A stretch of DNA of 50,454 nt from Spirulina sp. (GTDB taxonomy: Bacteria; Cyanobacteriota; Cyanobacteriia; Cyanobacteriales; Spirulinaceae), in the NCBI GenBank assembly GCA_011390265.1, contig JAABSU010000001.1, positions 1 to 50,454 on the forward strand, written 5' to 3'. The notes beneath the pieces were generated by a model. It saw only the letters and a program-made list of their open reading frames with translations. It did no database searches and was not told the origin of the DNA. This document shows positions 7,657 to 18,322 of this stretch, piece by piece. Numbering within the stretch: the first letter of the stretch is position 1; every line of letters starts with the position of its first letter. Position numbers and translations under genes: made by a program.

Positions 7657-10600
7657 ATGATCCGCCCCTTTTTCGGTTTTGGCCTTTGTGCCTTGAGTCT
7701 GATTGCTGCCCCTGGCTTCGCTCAGTCCATTACTCCTAGCCCTGATGGCACCGGCACCATCATTGAATATCAAGGGCAAACTTACCAAATTGAGGGGGGA
7801 ACCCAAGCGGGTACAAATTTATTCCATAGCTTTCAGCAATTTGGCCTCAGTGCGGGGGAAGTGGCTCAGTTTTTGAGTCAGCCGGAAATTGTCAATATTT
7901 TGGGGCGGGTGACGGGGGGCGATCCCTCGGTGATTAATGGTTTGCTTGAGGTGAGCGGTAGTCAGGCTAATTTGTATTTGATGAACCCTGCTGGGATCAT
8001 TTTTGGGCCGGGGGCGCGGTTGGATGTGCCGGGGTCGTTTACGGCAACGACGGGCGATCGCCTCGGTTTTTCCGGTGGTTGGTTTAATGCCACTGGCCCC
8101 AATGATTACGCGGCTTTGACTGGTGATCCGCAACTGTTTTCGTTTTTGGATCAAGGGGGGGTCATCCTCAATCAGGGGGATCTCAGCGTTAATCCGGGGG
8201 CGAGTTTGAACCTGATCGGCGGCCAGGTGCTCAATACCGGCAACCTCTCGGCTCCGGGGGGGACGGTGACGATCGCCGCTGTGGAAGGGAGTCAACGGGT
8301 GCGGGTGGGACAACCGGGGCATCTGTTGAGTTTGGAAATTGAAACGGATCAAATCGCCGTGGATAGTCCCCTCAAGATTCAGGATCTCCCCCAACTGCTG
8401 ACGGGCAAAGGCATTGATCCCCATTTCACCGTTACTCCCGACGGCACAGTCACTCTAACCGATTCAACCCTAGAAATTCCCACCCAAGGGGGGACGGCGA
8501 TCGCCTCTGGCACGATCAACACCAGCGATCCCCATAATCCCGCAGGCAATATCGGCATTTTCGGTTCCCAAATCGCCCTGATCAATGCCCAAATCACCGC
8601 CAACGGCCAACCGGGGGGCACAATCCTAATCGGCGGCGAACAACAGGGCCAAGGCCCCGTTCCCAATGCCACCCATTTATTTATCGATGCCGAAACCCAA
8701 GTCGGGGCTGATGGAGTGGGGGATGGTGATGGCGGCCGGGTGATCCTCTTTGCCAGCGATACGGCCCAAATTTTCGGGCAGGTGAGTGCGAAAGGGGGAG
8801 AGTTGGGGGGAGATGGTGGGTTTGTGGAAACCAGTGGGTTGCAAAATTTGGCGATCGCCAACAACCCAATCATCACCGCCCCCCAAGGTCAAGCCGGAAC
8901 CTGGTTAATTGATCCCAATAATATTGAAATCACTGGCTCTATATCGCAAAATATCAACCCAATCAGTCCTTTTTTGTCCAATAATGATGGCGCAATCTTG
9001 TATATTGACCTTTTGCTGAATGCCTTGTCATTGGGAGGAACCGTCATTGTCAAAACAGGAACCGGGGGAACTAATGGTGAAGATGGTAATATTACCCTCT
9101 CCAGTGCGTTACAGTATTCCACACCTTTATCTGATGAAACTACACTCATTTTAGAAGCCCATAACTCCATTTTTATTAATGCACCCATTGAGCCAGATTT
9201 CTATGCAGATCCGTTGGCTGGGTTAAATATCGTTTTGATAGCTGATCGTGATCAGAGTGGTATGGGGCGAGTGGAAATCAATCAGAATATTGATACTGAT
9301 GGTGGTTCACTGAAGATCAGCGGTGCGAGTACCAACAATCAGCCGGGGATTTTGAGCAATGGATTTTTAGCAACGGTAGGGGGAGATGTGGAAATGAGCG
9401 GCTCTACAGCGGGAGATGTGGGAATTTTACTCAATGAGCCGGTCATTGCTTTGGGGGGTAATATCACGCTCAAATCTCCCCAAAGTATTGAAGTTCTTTA
9501 TTTAGATTCAGGCAATTTTGACGGCGCAGCCGGTGAAATTATCGTCCAAGCCGGGCAGTTTTTCCGCGCAACGGGAACTTTTGCGCCAGAGCCAGATTTG
9601 TTGGCCACTGTTGCGGCTTTGGGTTTAACCACGGCTGGAGCAATTACGATTACCCATGGGGGCAATGGTAAGACTCCTTTTATTGTGGGGGATCCCAGTA
9701 TTAATGGCACAGCGGCGGCAATTACAAATGGTGACTATGCCATTGAGCCAAATCAAAGTTTTATCGGTAACTATACCCTCGGTAATGTGCAGATCCGCAC
9801 CGGAGAAGCTGCCCCGCCTATTGGGGGAGAGCCTGCCGTCGATCCGCCTTCCCCGGCAGTTTGTTCCCTCGATTGTCTTGAGTCGCCAGGAATGAATGAA
9901 CGGCTGGCAGGCACTGACACCGTGATCACAGCAGAGTCCGCACCCACGGTGATGAATGAAAATTTAGCCCAAGGCATTCTTCAGGAAATTGCCCAGGCCA
10001 CTGGAGTGCGACCGGCGATCCTGTATGCGCGGTTTGTACCGGCTGGAGTCACGACTCCCCCAACGGTGGAGCGATTAGAAGCAGATTTTAGTACGGTGGT
10101 GCGATCGCAGTTTGACCCCCTCCAAGCTGTCCCCACCGATACCACAATTCAACTCGAACCCCAGAGCACAGACCGCCTCCAACTCCTCCTGGTCACCAGT
10201 CGTGGAGAACCCCAAGTGGAAACCCTCCCCGTCACCCGGCAGGAGGTAAAAGCAATGGTGGGGCGGTTGCGGCGGGGGGTGAGCAATTCCCGTAGTCGGG
10301 CCTACTTAACCCCCGCCCAAAAACTCTATCAATGGCTGATTAAACCCTTAGAAGCAGCCCTGGTAGAGCAGGAGATTGATAATCTGGTGCTGATTGGCGA
10401 TGAAGGGTTGCGATCGCTCCCCTTCGCCGCCCTCCATGATGGCAACGGCTTCATCGTTGAACGCTACAGCATTGGGCAAATGCCCAGCCTTTCCCTCACA
10501 AACTTCAACTATCAACCGATTATAGAAAGCAGTCCCATCCTGGCCATGGGGGCATCAGAATTCACCGCCCGCAACCTTGAACCCCTTCCTGCCGTCCCCG

Positions 10601-11148
10601 CAGAACTGGAAAACATCACCCAGCAATGGGGTGGCCAAATTTATCTCAATCAAGACTTCACTTGGCGTAACCTCAAAGCCCACAACCAGAACCGCCGATT
10701 CCAAATCCTCCACCTCGCCACCCATGCCTTTTTCGACCCCAACGTTGCCGAAGATGCCTATATTCAACTCTGGGGTGATGAAGCACTCACCCTGAAAAGT
10801 TTGCGGGAACTCAAACCCTATCAGGCTCCTGAGCTAGAATTGCTGATCCTCAGTGCTTGTGAAACGGCGATCGGCAATCAAGAAGCAGAACTCGGCTTTG
10901 CCGGGGCCGCCGTTCAAGCGGGGGTAAAATCCGTTTTAGCGAGTTTGTGGCAAGTTTCTGATGATGGCACGGCGGTTCTCATGGATCAGTTTTATCGGCA
11001 ACTGGCCCAAAATGATGTCACCATCAAAGCCGAAGCCCTGCGCCGCGCCCAACTGGCCCTGATCGCCTCCAGGGACAATCCAGACACAGGCGATCTTTCC
11101 CATCCCTTCTACTGGAGTGCCTTTAACCTCATCGGTAGCCCTTGGTAA
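7657..11148 (+). CDS. Filamentous-haemagglutinin (TPS) N-terminal domain plus C-terminal CHAT (caspase-like) domain protein
   Basis: Signal peptide, NLFHSFQQF and LMNPAGIIFG TPS motifs, GGFVETSG/WLIDP, CHAT dyad ILHLATHA and LSACETA, and HPFYWSAFNLIGSPW end. Confidence 0.93.
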   Translation: MIRPFFGFGLCALSLIAAPGFAQSITPSPDGTGTIIEYQGQTYQIEGGTQAGTNLFHSFQQFGLSAGEVAQFLSQPEIVNILGRVTGGDPSVINGLLEVSGSQANLYLMNPAGIIFGPGARLDVPGSFTATTGDRLGFSGGWFNATGPNDYAALTGDPQLFSFLDQGGVILNQGDLSVNPGASLNLIGGQVLNTGNLSAPGGTVTIAAVEGSQRVRVGQPGHLLSLEIETDQIAVDSPLKIQDLPQLLTGKGIDPHFTVTPDGTVTLTDSTLEIPTQGGTAIASGTINTSDPHNPAGNIGIFGSQIALINAQITANGQPGGTILIGGEQQGQGPVPNATHLFIDAETQVGADGVGDGDGGRVILFASDTAQIFGQVSAKGGELGGDGGFVETSGLQNLAIANNPIITAPQGQAGTWLIDPNNIEITGSISQNINPISPFLSNNDGAILYIDLLLNALSLGGTVIVKTGTGGTNGEDGNITLSSALQYSTPLSDETTLILEAHNSIFINAPIEPDFYADPLAGLNIVLIADRDQSGMGRVEINQNIDTDGGSLKISGASTNNQPGILSNGFLATVGGDVEMSGSTAGDVGILLNEPVIALGGNITLKSPQSIEVLYLDSGNFDGAAGEIIVQAGQFFRATGTFAPEPDLLATVAALGLTTAGAITITHGGNGKTPFIVGDPSINGTAAAITNGDYAIEPNQSFIGNYTLGNVQIRTGEAAPPIGGEPAVDPPSPAVCSLDCLESPGMNERLAGTDTVITAESAPTVMNENLAQGILQEIAQATGVRPAILYARFVPAGVTTPPTVERLEADFSTVVRSQFDPLQAVPTDTTIQLEPQSTDRLQLLLVTSRGEPQVETLPVTRQEVKAMVGRLRRGVSNSRSRAYLTPAQKLYQWLIKPLEAALVEQEIDNLVLIGDEGLRSLPFAALHDGNGFIVERYSIGQMPSLSLTNFNYQPIIESSPILAMGASEFTARNLEPLPAVPAELENITQQWGGQIYLNQDFTWRNLKAHNQNRRFQILHLATHAFFDPNVAEDAYIQLWGDEALTLKSLRELKPYQAPELELLILSACETAIGNQEAELGFAGAAVQAGVKSVLASLWQVSDDGTAVLMDQFYRQLAQNDVTIKAEALRRAQLALIASRDNPDTGDLSHPFYWSAFNLIGSPW

Positions 11149-11249
11149 TCTCATGGGTACGCAAAATTGCTCAATTGTGATGAAAAGATGATTCCCTTGG
11201 GAAATTTAGCTACGATAGGTTGTAGAAGAGAAAAAACTGGCAAAATTCG

Positions 11250-12434
11250 ATGGCACGCAAAACCCAAAAAAAAAGCGGGTGCGGTTGTAGTAGCATCCCT
11301 TTTTCTGTGATTCTACTCTGTTTGGGAGGGGGTTATTTTCTATTCACCCAATGGGATAACCTGGGGCTAAGTCGGCTGATTCCTGATCATATCAGCGAAG
11401 AATTAGCATTGTATTTACCCATTCTTGAGACAACTGCAACCCCAGAGTTAATCACCCCTGATCTGACTCCGACTCCAGCGAATCTTCCCCCCCCCATTTC
11501 ACCCCCTTCCCTCGAAGCCAGCCCAATTCCTATATCCCCTCGCCAACCGATTGAAAACATTCGCGGCATCTATCTCAGTCGCTATCAAGCTACCAATAAT
11601 GCCGATGAAGAAACGATTCGTCAGCGGGTGCGCTACTACCGCAGTAAAGGAATTAACACGATTATTCATGGGGTTTGGGGCAATGCTTGCACGATGTACC
11701 GTAGTCAGGTGATGCAGGCTAAGTTTGGTTATGACAGTTGCCTCAATCAGTTTCAGGATCAATGGTTAGATTGGCTCATTGATGAAGCCCATCAACAGGG
11801 GATGGAGGTGCATGCCTATTTTGAAAAGGGGATTAAGATTGATCAAAATAGTCATGCTTTTGATCTTGCTGTTCAACGGGGTTGGATTGTTCCCGGTGTT
11901 GATCGCACCCATCCAGGGGTAGATCACTATGTTTTAGATGTGAGTATTCCTGAAGTGGCCGAGTTTTTTACGGCGATTTCTGTGGAATTTGTCCAAAAAT
12001 ATCCCCAAATTGATGCGGTGCAATGGGATGATTACCTAGGCTATTATGACGAATTACCGGGGGATGTCGATCGCACCGCAAAACTAACAGAGTTTGTCCG
12101 CACAATGATCGCTCAAACCAAAGCCGCTAACCCCAGGGTCAGTTTTGATATTTGCCATCATAATCCCTATTGGGCCAAACGCTATTTTGCGGCAGATTGG
12201 GAAACGTGGGGGGTGGATCGGGCGTTTATTCAGGTTTACGGGGATGAAAATTTTGAGGATGAATTGCCCTATGTCCAGGCCAATGATGGCATTTCAATTA
12301 CGGAGCGACAATTTGACCGGATTGCGGGCTTAATTGCCAACCCTAAAATTGAGCATATTCTCTTTTTCCCCCTGTCCGGTAATCCTGAAAAAATGGCGGA
12401 GGCGGTGCATCGCTTGACGGCTGAGGTGAATTAA
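11250..12434 (+). CDS. Glycoside hydrolase family 10-like (GHL10) protein, membrane anchored
   Basis: IRGIYL, EAHQQGMEVHAYFE and IDAVQWDDY motifs, plus an N-terminal TM helix and Pro-rich linker. Confidence 0.8.
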   Translation: MARKTQKKSGCGCSSIPFSVILLCLGGGYFLFTQWDNLGLSRLIPDHISEELALYLPILETTATPELITPDLTPTPANLPPPISPPSLEASPIPISPRQPIENIRGIYLSRYQATNNADEETIRQRVRYYRSKGINTIIHGVWGNACTMYRSQVMQAKFGYDSCLNQFQDQWLDWLIDEAHQQGMEVHAYFEKGIKIDQNSHAFDLAVQRGWIVPGVDRTHPGVDHYVLDVSIPEVAEFFTAISVEFVQKYPQIDAVQWDDYLGYYDELPGDVDRTAKLTEFVRTMIAQTKAANPRVSFDICHHNPYWAKRYFAADWETWGVDRAFIQVYGDENFEDELPYVQANDGISITERQFDRIAGLIANPKIEHILFFPLSGNPEKMAEAVHRLTAEVN

Positions 12435-12443
12435 GGGCGATGA

Positions 12444-12743
12444 TTAATCTTCTGCGTCCATGGCGACGGATTCATGGCCAAAATGGGCTTGGAGTTGGGC
12501 ACGAGCGCGATCGCCATCCTGATAAATCAACTCCAAAAATTCTTCTGGCTCTACCCCAATTTGACGGGCATAAAATTTCACCTCCTGCATAATCCGCCCC
12601 TCCCCTTGGCGGAAATACATACTGAGGCAATGGCGGGCTTGAGAGGCGATCGCTCTTTGGAACCGAAAAAAGGCGAGGGCGGCTAAGAGCCGGTCTTCGT
12701 AGGGAGCTAGGGGGGCAATCTCTAGGGGTTGGGGGGAGGGCAT
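12444..12743 (-). CDS. Hypothetical protein (99 aa)
   Basis: ATG-started ORF with natural composition that fills the gap. Confidence 0.7.
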   Translation of the reverse strand: MPSPQPLEIAPLAPYEDRLLAALAFFRFQRAIASQARHCLSMYFRQGEGRIMQEVKFYARQIGVEPEEFLELIYQDGDRARAQLQAHFGHESVAMDAED

Positions 12744-12800
12744 GGGGTTAAACGTGAAAATTTTGCGATTAAGGCGGCGAAATTAGCAAAAAGCGAACAA

Positions 12801-12850
12801 GAGGGCGAAAAATTTTTGTGCCTCCGGCAGGCTTACGCCAACGCCCCTAC
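12801..12850 (-). repeat. REP palindrome with 24-nt insert TTGGCGTAAGCCTGCCGGAGGCAC (12818-12841)
   Basis: Reverse complement reads GTAGGGGCG-[24 nt]-AAAAATTTTTCGCCCTC. Confidence 0.9.
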
Positions 12851-13455
12851 CAGATGCGGGTTACGGGCAGAACAAAACCCGGTAGGACATCTTCCCCCGA
12901 TAATTCCAGCGGCTGCTCTAAACAATCGACCCCTTGGCCGGGGCGATACACCCACACTTGCCGATTTTGGGGATCAATCAACCAGCCCAACCGCGCCCCA
13001 TTGTCGATGTATTCCGCTAATTTGGCTTGCAATGGGGCGAGTTGATCGGATTTTGAGCGCAATTCGACGACAAAATCCGGGCAAAGGGGGGCGAAACCTT
13101 GGCGTTCTTCAGGGGTAAGGGCTTCCCAGTGCGATGTAGCCACCCAAGCGAGATCGGGGGAACGAATCGCCCCATTGGGCAACTGAAACCCAGTGGAGGA
13201 GCCAAACCCTAAACCTGATCCCCCTTCTTCTTCAATCCAACGCACTAAATAATAGGCAAGACGGACATTGCGATTACCGGTTTCGCTACCAGTGGGGGGG
13301 GTCACGATTAAGCCTCCTGTGGCGGTGCGTTCAAATTGGAGTTCGGGGTTAGCAGCGGCAAGGGCGGCGAATTCTTCAGGGGTGACGATCGCCCGAATCT
13401 CTGGGGGCCATTGCAGGGTTACGGTTTGAACAGTGGGGGGAGCAGAAATTAGCAT
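12847..13455 (-). CDS. Uma2 family (DUF820) PD-(D/E)XK endonuclease
   Basis: GFQLPNGAIRSPDLAW, CPDFVVELRS, YIDNGARLGWLIDP and LSGEDVLPGF. Start taken at MLISAPP (13455), just after the upstream stop. Confidence 0.95.
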   Translation of the reverse strand: MLISAPPTVQTVTLQWPPEIRAIVTPEEFAALAAANPELQFERTATGGLIVTPPTGSETGNRNVRLAYYLVRWIEEEGGSGLGFGSSTGFQLPNGAIRSPDLAWVATSHWEALTPEERQGFAPLCPDFVVELRSKSDQLAPLQAKLAEYIDNGARLGWLIDPQNRQVWVYRPGQGVDCLEQPLELSGEDVLPGFVLPVTRIW

Positions 13456-13459
13456 AGCT

Positions 13460-15271
13460 CTATTCCTCTTCTGAATGTAGACCAGCAAGATCGCGGGCAA
13501 TTGGTTTGCCAATCACCTGTTCAATTTTGAGTAATAAGGCTTGCCCCCGTTTGGCAAAAAATGTATTGAAATCGTTGGCTCGTAATGAATCGGGATCAAT
13601 ACAGTGCGATCGCAAGATCTCATCCATTCGTGCCGGTGAAATTTCTGCACCTTTTTCGAGACGTTCTAAATAAATGGCGGGAGCTTTCCCGCCAATCATC
13701 CGATTGGTCTTGGCAGAAATGGGAATTTTATTGATAATGCTATTGTATCGTCGCCGTTCAATACCATTTTGTTGGCACCATTGCTGTGGAAAAATATGAT
13801 GAATATCAATATAATCATCAAAATAAAGCTGTGTATCAATTTGCTCCCCCGTGCGAAAATCTCGGCCGCCATCACGCATGAGCAAAGCGTATAAACCCTT
13901 ATAGGCAGCACTATTACGAGTTTGCAAGCCAACTAAGCGAGATTGGGCGACATTACAATCATTAATCGTGTCCGGTTCATTGCCTCCATCAATCCAAGCG
14001 AGAACCTCGGGTAAATCTTTCGCAAATCTTGTTTCAATGGAACCACCATAGAGTTCACCAAACACTCCACACCAATACCAACGAGCAATCTTCGCCCGAA
14101 TACCATCGTTATCACCCCGGTCACTCAAAACTGCAAAAATGGCTGACATGGGTGTGAGTTGAGTGCGATAGGGTAAATCGCGGTAGGAGAAAATATATTG
14201 AGACTGAAGGAGGCGAGCCGATTTCTCTAGTCCTTTCGTGACTAAATCAGCCCATTTTTGATAGTCACTTAAGGTTAGCTTTAAAACATCTTTGCGCTTA
14301 CAGCTAATCGCTGGAGCACGTTCAGTTTCACTATTGGAGCAACCTAAAGCCACCAGGCGTTTTTCACGAGTAACCAGCAAACTCACCGCTTGCAAAAAAT
14401 CGGTACTTTCGATGGACTGTAGCATTTTATGCTTGGCCAGTTGAGCACGTCGCTTATCCCAATCATCCCTCAAGCTAAAATCATCAACTGCAAAGGTTGC
14501 CGTTAACAACTCAAAAACCGTTAAAGAAACCCCACCAGTATTGACCTTCTCGAACACTTGACATACCGCCTCTTTTGGTGTTTCTTTGCGTAAAGAAATA
14601 ATCGGCATTTGGTATTGTTTAAACCGTTGAATCACTTGACTTAGCTTTTTCCAAAGCTGCAAGCGTTCTGATGTTAGTTCAGGATCACCTTGTAAATAAG
14701 CAAACTGCCAATCAGGCAGTTTAACATCATCAAATACAAGGGGTAAAGGCAGCAATCCAAACTCGCGTTCTTTTTCTGGTGTGGAGTAATCAAACTTCAA
14801 TTCACCACGAAAGTTGTGCAATTGGCGAGTTTCGGGCAAACTAACAATATACTCATCTGCATCAATATAGGGATCGACTGCCTTTTTGATGTCGAGATAA
14901 TACCAACGTTTAATAGGCTTGCCACGAACATCACGAGTGATAACCGGTTGATCGGAAAACAAAGCCTGAAAGAGAGAGGTAAGGCGTTGCTGTCCATCTA
15001 GAATTAATCGTTCTGGTTGTGGGGGAGAATCTAAAACAACCCCTTCGATTAAGCGGGGTTTAAATTGAACATCTGGATTCCCCGTTTGCAACAACATAAC
15101 TGTACCAACAGGATAAGAAACAGCAATGCTAGCCAGCAAACTGCAAATATGTTCATCATCCCAAACCCATCCTCGTTGAAAATCTGGTAGTTGAGATTTT
15201 CCGACCTTAATACTTTGCAGCAGATCACTGAGGGATTCTTTTGTACTGTCAAAAGTTGTAAATTGATTCAC
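13460..15271 (-). CDS. GmrSD-family (DUF262 + DUF1524/HNH) modification-dependent restriction endonuclease
   Basis: DUF262 motifs LPDFQRGWVW, LDGQQRLT and FEKVNTGG, plus C-terminal DIHHIFP...N...N. GTG start at 15271 with AGGAG RBS 6 nt upstream. Visibly AT-richer than the flanks. Confidence 0.88.
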   Translation of the reverse strand: MNQFTTFDSTKESLSDLLQSIKVGKSQLPDFQRGWVWDDEHICSLLASIAVSYPVGTVMLLQTGNPDVQFKPRLIEGVVLDSPPQPERLILDGQQRLTSLFQALFSDQPVITRDVRGKPIKRWYYLDIKKAVDPYIDADEYIVSLPETRQLHNFRGELKFDYSTPEKEREFGLLPLPLVFDDVKLPDWQFAYLQGDPELTSERLQLWKKLSQVIQRFKQYQMPIISLRKETPKEAVCQVFEKVNTGGVSLTVFELLTATFAVDDFSLRDDWDKRRAQLAKHKMLQSIESTDFLQAVSLLVTREKRLVALGCSNSETERAPAISCKRKDVLKLTLSDYQKWADLVTKGLEKSARLLQSQYIFSYRDLPYRTQLTPMSAIFAVLSDRGDNDGIRAKIARWYWCGVFGELYGGSIETRFAKDLPEVLAWIDGGNEPDTINDCNVAQSRLVGLQTRNSAAYKGLYALLMRDGGRDFRTGEQIDTQLYFDDYIDIHHIFPQQWCQQNGIERRRYNSIINKIPISAKTNRMIGGKAPAIYLERLEKGAEISPARMDEILRSHCIDPDSLRANDFNTFFAKRGQALLLKIEQVIGKPIARDLAGLHSEEE

Positions 15272-15498
15272 GTTAGACTCCTGCGATGACGTGAGATAGA
15301 AGGATCCTAAACCAATGGGTAGAGCCATCACCCCCAACCCCTTTCCCAAACTGTGGGAAACAGGGGGTGGAAGGTTCACGAACCAAATGGATTGCTATAT
15401 GACGGCTACCAGGGTAATCCTTGAATGTTCAGTTCTGCCTAAAAGTATACCAATGGAGGGATGGGGGTGAAATCAGATTCAATCCCATACCCTAAACA

Positions 15499-18135
15499 CT
15501 AACCCGCTAACGCCTCCAACAGTTGGGCCTTAGCTGCTGCTAAGGCTGCTGGTAATTGGCTGGCATCCCGGCCCCCGGCTTGGGCCAGGTTGGGACGACC
15601 GCCGCCGCCGCCGCCGCAGAGTTTGGCAATGCCGCCGATGAATTTGCCTGCTTGCAGTTTTTTACCTTGGTAGATGGCAGGACTGAAGGCCGCTACAAGG
15701 GAGACCTTATCGGGTTCTGGCGTGGAGGCGAGGACGACGGCACTTTCCCCCAGTTTTTGCTGTAATCGTTCCGCTGCGGTTTGGAGGGATTTGGGATCGA
15801 GATCTCCCAAATGGGCCACCAAGAGGCGAAATTCTCCCACGGTTTCCGCTTCGGTGATCAGTTGGTCGGATTTGAGGATCGCTAATTCCCCTTTTAGGGC
15901 CTCTAGTTCCTTTTGGGCCGCTTTTAGATCCGTTTGGAGCTTATCCACCCGCTCCACCACTTCCTCCGGTTGGGCCTTGAAGCGATCGCCTAATTCCCGC
16001 ACAACGCGATCGCGCACCGCTAAATAATCCAAAATCGCCGGCCCCGCCACCGCTTCAATGCGCCGCACCCCGGCAGAAATCCCCGTTTCTGAAATCACCT
16101 TAAACGCGCCAATTTCCGCCGTATTGCTCACATGGGTTCCCCCACAAAGCTCCATCGAAACACCGGGGAAATCAATCACCCGTACCTCATCACCATATTT
16201 TTCGCCAAACATGGCCACGGCTCCCTTCGCCTTCGCCGCTGCGATGGGCATCACTTCCACCTCGGCGGCGTGGGCTTCGGTGATCCATTGGTTGATCTGG
16301 GCTTCGATCTGCTCCAATTCCGCTTTACTCACGGCACGATTCAAATTGAAATCAAAGCGCAGCCGCTCAAAATCCACCAAAGAACCCGCTTGGCCAATGG
16401 TGGGATCGACGATGAGTTTTAACGCCGCCTGTAGCAGGTGCGTCGCGCTGTGGTTGGCCTGTACCCGTCGCCGACAGGTGCGGTCAATGGTAGCGGTGAG
16501 GCGATCGCCCACCTGCACCGTCCCCCTTTCCACCTGGCCATAATGGATGAACATCCCCCCTTCCTTCTGCACATCGCTAATCGCAATCAGGCAATCTTCA
16601 CCACTGAGATAGCCGCGATCGCCAATTTGCCCCCCGGATTCCCCATAAAAGGGGGTGGTATCGAGGAGGATTTGCACCGCCTCCCCTGGGGATGCGGTGG
16701 CGATGGTTTTCCCAGCTTGGAGGAGGGCGACGACTTGGGCGGGGGCTTGGAGGTGGGTATAGCCGGAGAATTCCGTAGGGTGGAGGGTTTGAGCTAATTG
16801 ATCGAGGCTGGCTTGGATGGTGAGGTCGATGGTGGTGTGGCTGGCCCGGGCGCGATCGCGCTGTTGGGCCATTTCTGCCTCAAACCCCGCCACATCGACG
16901 GTAATCCCCTGTTCAGCCGCAATTTCCTCGGTTAATTCCAGGGGGAAGCCGTAGGTATCGTAAAGGGTGAAGGCTTCGGAGCCGGTGATTTGGGTCGGGT
17001 TTTGGGCGAGGATTTCCGCGACGAGCTTTTCCCCCCGGCTCAGGGTTTTCAGGAATTGGGCCTCTTCCCGTTCTAGTTCGGCAAAAATCACGCTTTGGCG
17101 ATCGCCCACGTTGGGATAGGCAGATTGGGCAAGGGCGATCGCCTGCTCCGCCACCCGATTAATAAACGCCCCCTCAATACCAATCAGCCGGCCATGGCGC
17201 ACCACCCGCCGGATCAACCGCCGCAACACATAGCCCCGATCCGTATTGGAAGCAGTAATGCCGTCAGCAATCATGTGTACCACTGCTCGCACATGATCGC
17301 CAATTACCTTCAGGGAAACCTGCGTCGCTTCAGGGGATTTAAAGTAATCTAAACCGGCAATTTCCGCCGCCGTTTTAATAATCGGTAGGATTAAATCTGT
17401 TTCGTAATTATTGGGAACCTGTTGGAGAATTTGCGCCATCCGCTCCAAGCCTAAGCCCGTATCAATGTTTTGATTTGCCAAGGGCGTTAAATTGCCCTCG
17501 CTATCGCGGTTGTACTGCATGAAAACGAGGTTATAAAACTCAATAAACCGCGTATCATCTTCAAGATCAATCACCGCATCGCCTTGTTCCGGGTGGAAAT
17601 CATAGTAAATTTCCGAACAGGGGCCACAGGGGCCGGTGGGGCCGGAAACCCAAAAATTATCGGCTTCATCCATGCGTTGAATGCGATGCTCTGGAATGCC
17701 AATATGATCGCGCCAAATGGCAAAGGCTTCGTCATCTTCACGAAAGACGCTGGGAATTAATCGCTCTGGGGGGAGGTTAAACACTTCGGTGGAGAGTTCC
17801 CAAGCCCAGGCGATCGCCTCCTGCTTAAAATAATCCCCAAAGCTGAAATTTCCCAACATTTCAAAAAAGGTATGGTGGCGAGCGGTGCGCCCGACGTTTT
17901 CAATGTCGTTGGTGCGGATACATTTTTGGGAGGTGGTGGCGCGATCGCAGGGGGCCGGCCGTTGACCCAGGAAGATGGGCTTGAAGGGCAGCATCCCGGC
18001 GATGGTCAGCAATACCGTCGGGTCTTCCGGCACAAGGGAGGCGCTGGGTAAAATTTTGTGCTGTTTGCGGGCGTAGAAGTTCAAAAACTGCTCGCGAATT
18101 TCTGGGCCTGTGAGATTGGGGAGAGTATTAGCCAT
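15499..18135 (-). CDS. alaS: Alanine--tRNA ligase
   Basis: [28 protein letters not shown], editing HxxxH/ELCGGTH and GGGGG DHHA1 end. Confidence 0.99.
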   Translation of the reverse strand: MANTLPNLTGPEIREQFLNFYARKQHKILPSASLVPEDPTVLLTIAGMLPFKPIFLGQRPAPCDRATTSQKCIRTNDIENVGRTARHHTFFEMLGNFSFGDYFKQEAIAWAWELSTEVFNLPPERLIPSVFREDDEAFAIWRDHIGIPEHRIQRMDEADNFWVSGPTGPCGPCSEIYYDFHPEQGDAVIDLEDDTRFIEFYNLVFMQYNRDSEGNLTPLANQNIDTGLGLERMAQILQQVPNNYETDLILPIIKTAAEIAGLDYFKSPEATQVSLKVIGDHVRAVVHMIADGITASNTDRGYVLRRLIRRVVRHGRLIGIEGAFINRVAEQAIALAQSAYPNVGDRQSVIFAELEREEAQFLKTLSRGEKLVAEILAQNPTQITGSEAFTLYDTYGFPLELTEEIAAEQGITVDVAGFEAEMAQQRDRARASHTTIDLTIQASLDQLAQTLHPTEFSGYTHLQAPAQVVALLQAGKTIATASPGEAVQILLDTTPFYGESGGQIGDRGYLSGEDCLIAISDVQKEGGMFIHYGQVERGTVQVGDRLTATIDRTCRRRVQANHSATHLLQAALKLIVDPTIGQAGSLVDFERLRFDFNLNRAVSKAELEQIEAQINQWITEAHAAEVEVMPIAAAKAKGAVAMFGEKYGDEVRVIDFPGVSMELCGGTHVSNTAEIGAFKVISETGISAGVRRIEAVAGPAILDYLAVRDRVVRELGDRFKAQPEEVVERVDKLQTDLKAAQKELEALKGELAILKSDQLITEAETVGEFRLLVAHLGDLDPKSLQTAAERLQQKLGESAVVLASTPEPDKVSLVAAFSPAIYQGKKLQAGKFIGGIAKLCGGGGGGRPNLAQAGGRDASQLPAALAAAKAQLLEALAG

Positions 18136-18322
18136 CGATGTGCCGGTTGGGAGATTCTATACATTTCTTATTTTGACATTAAACCCCTCAGGGCGACTGT
18201 GCCAATGGCGTGAGGCCTAGGAAGTGAGGCGTGGGCAGTGAGCCGTTGCGATCAACTTTGCCTGCAACTTCCAGAATCACGCCCTATGATGGGGGCCAAG
18301 CACACACCATCGGAGATTGATT

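Noticed and set aside
7819-8876. Long antisense ORFs opposite the TPS-CHAT gene, and similar ones opposite alaS, hydA and gyrB
   Set aside because: Typical antisense shadows of GC-rich coding sequence with no recognisable domains.
15272-15379. Predicted N-terminal extension of the DUF262 ORF
   Set aside because: It runs through a palindromic repeat. A GTG with an AGGAG RBS at 15271 fits the domain start better.
13614-15920. HIP1 gap as proof of horizontal transfer of the GmrSD gene
   Set aside because: A similar-length gap is seen over core ssb-mreB-mreC, and the gene contains one HIP1 near 13606, so the gap alone is not diagnostic.
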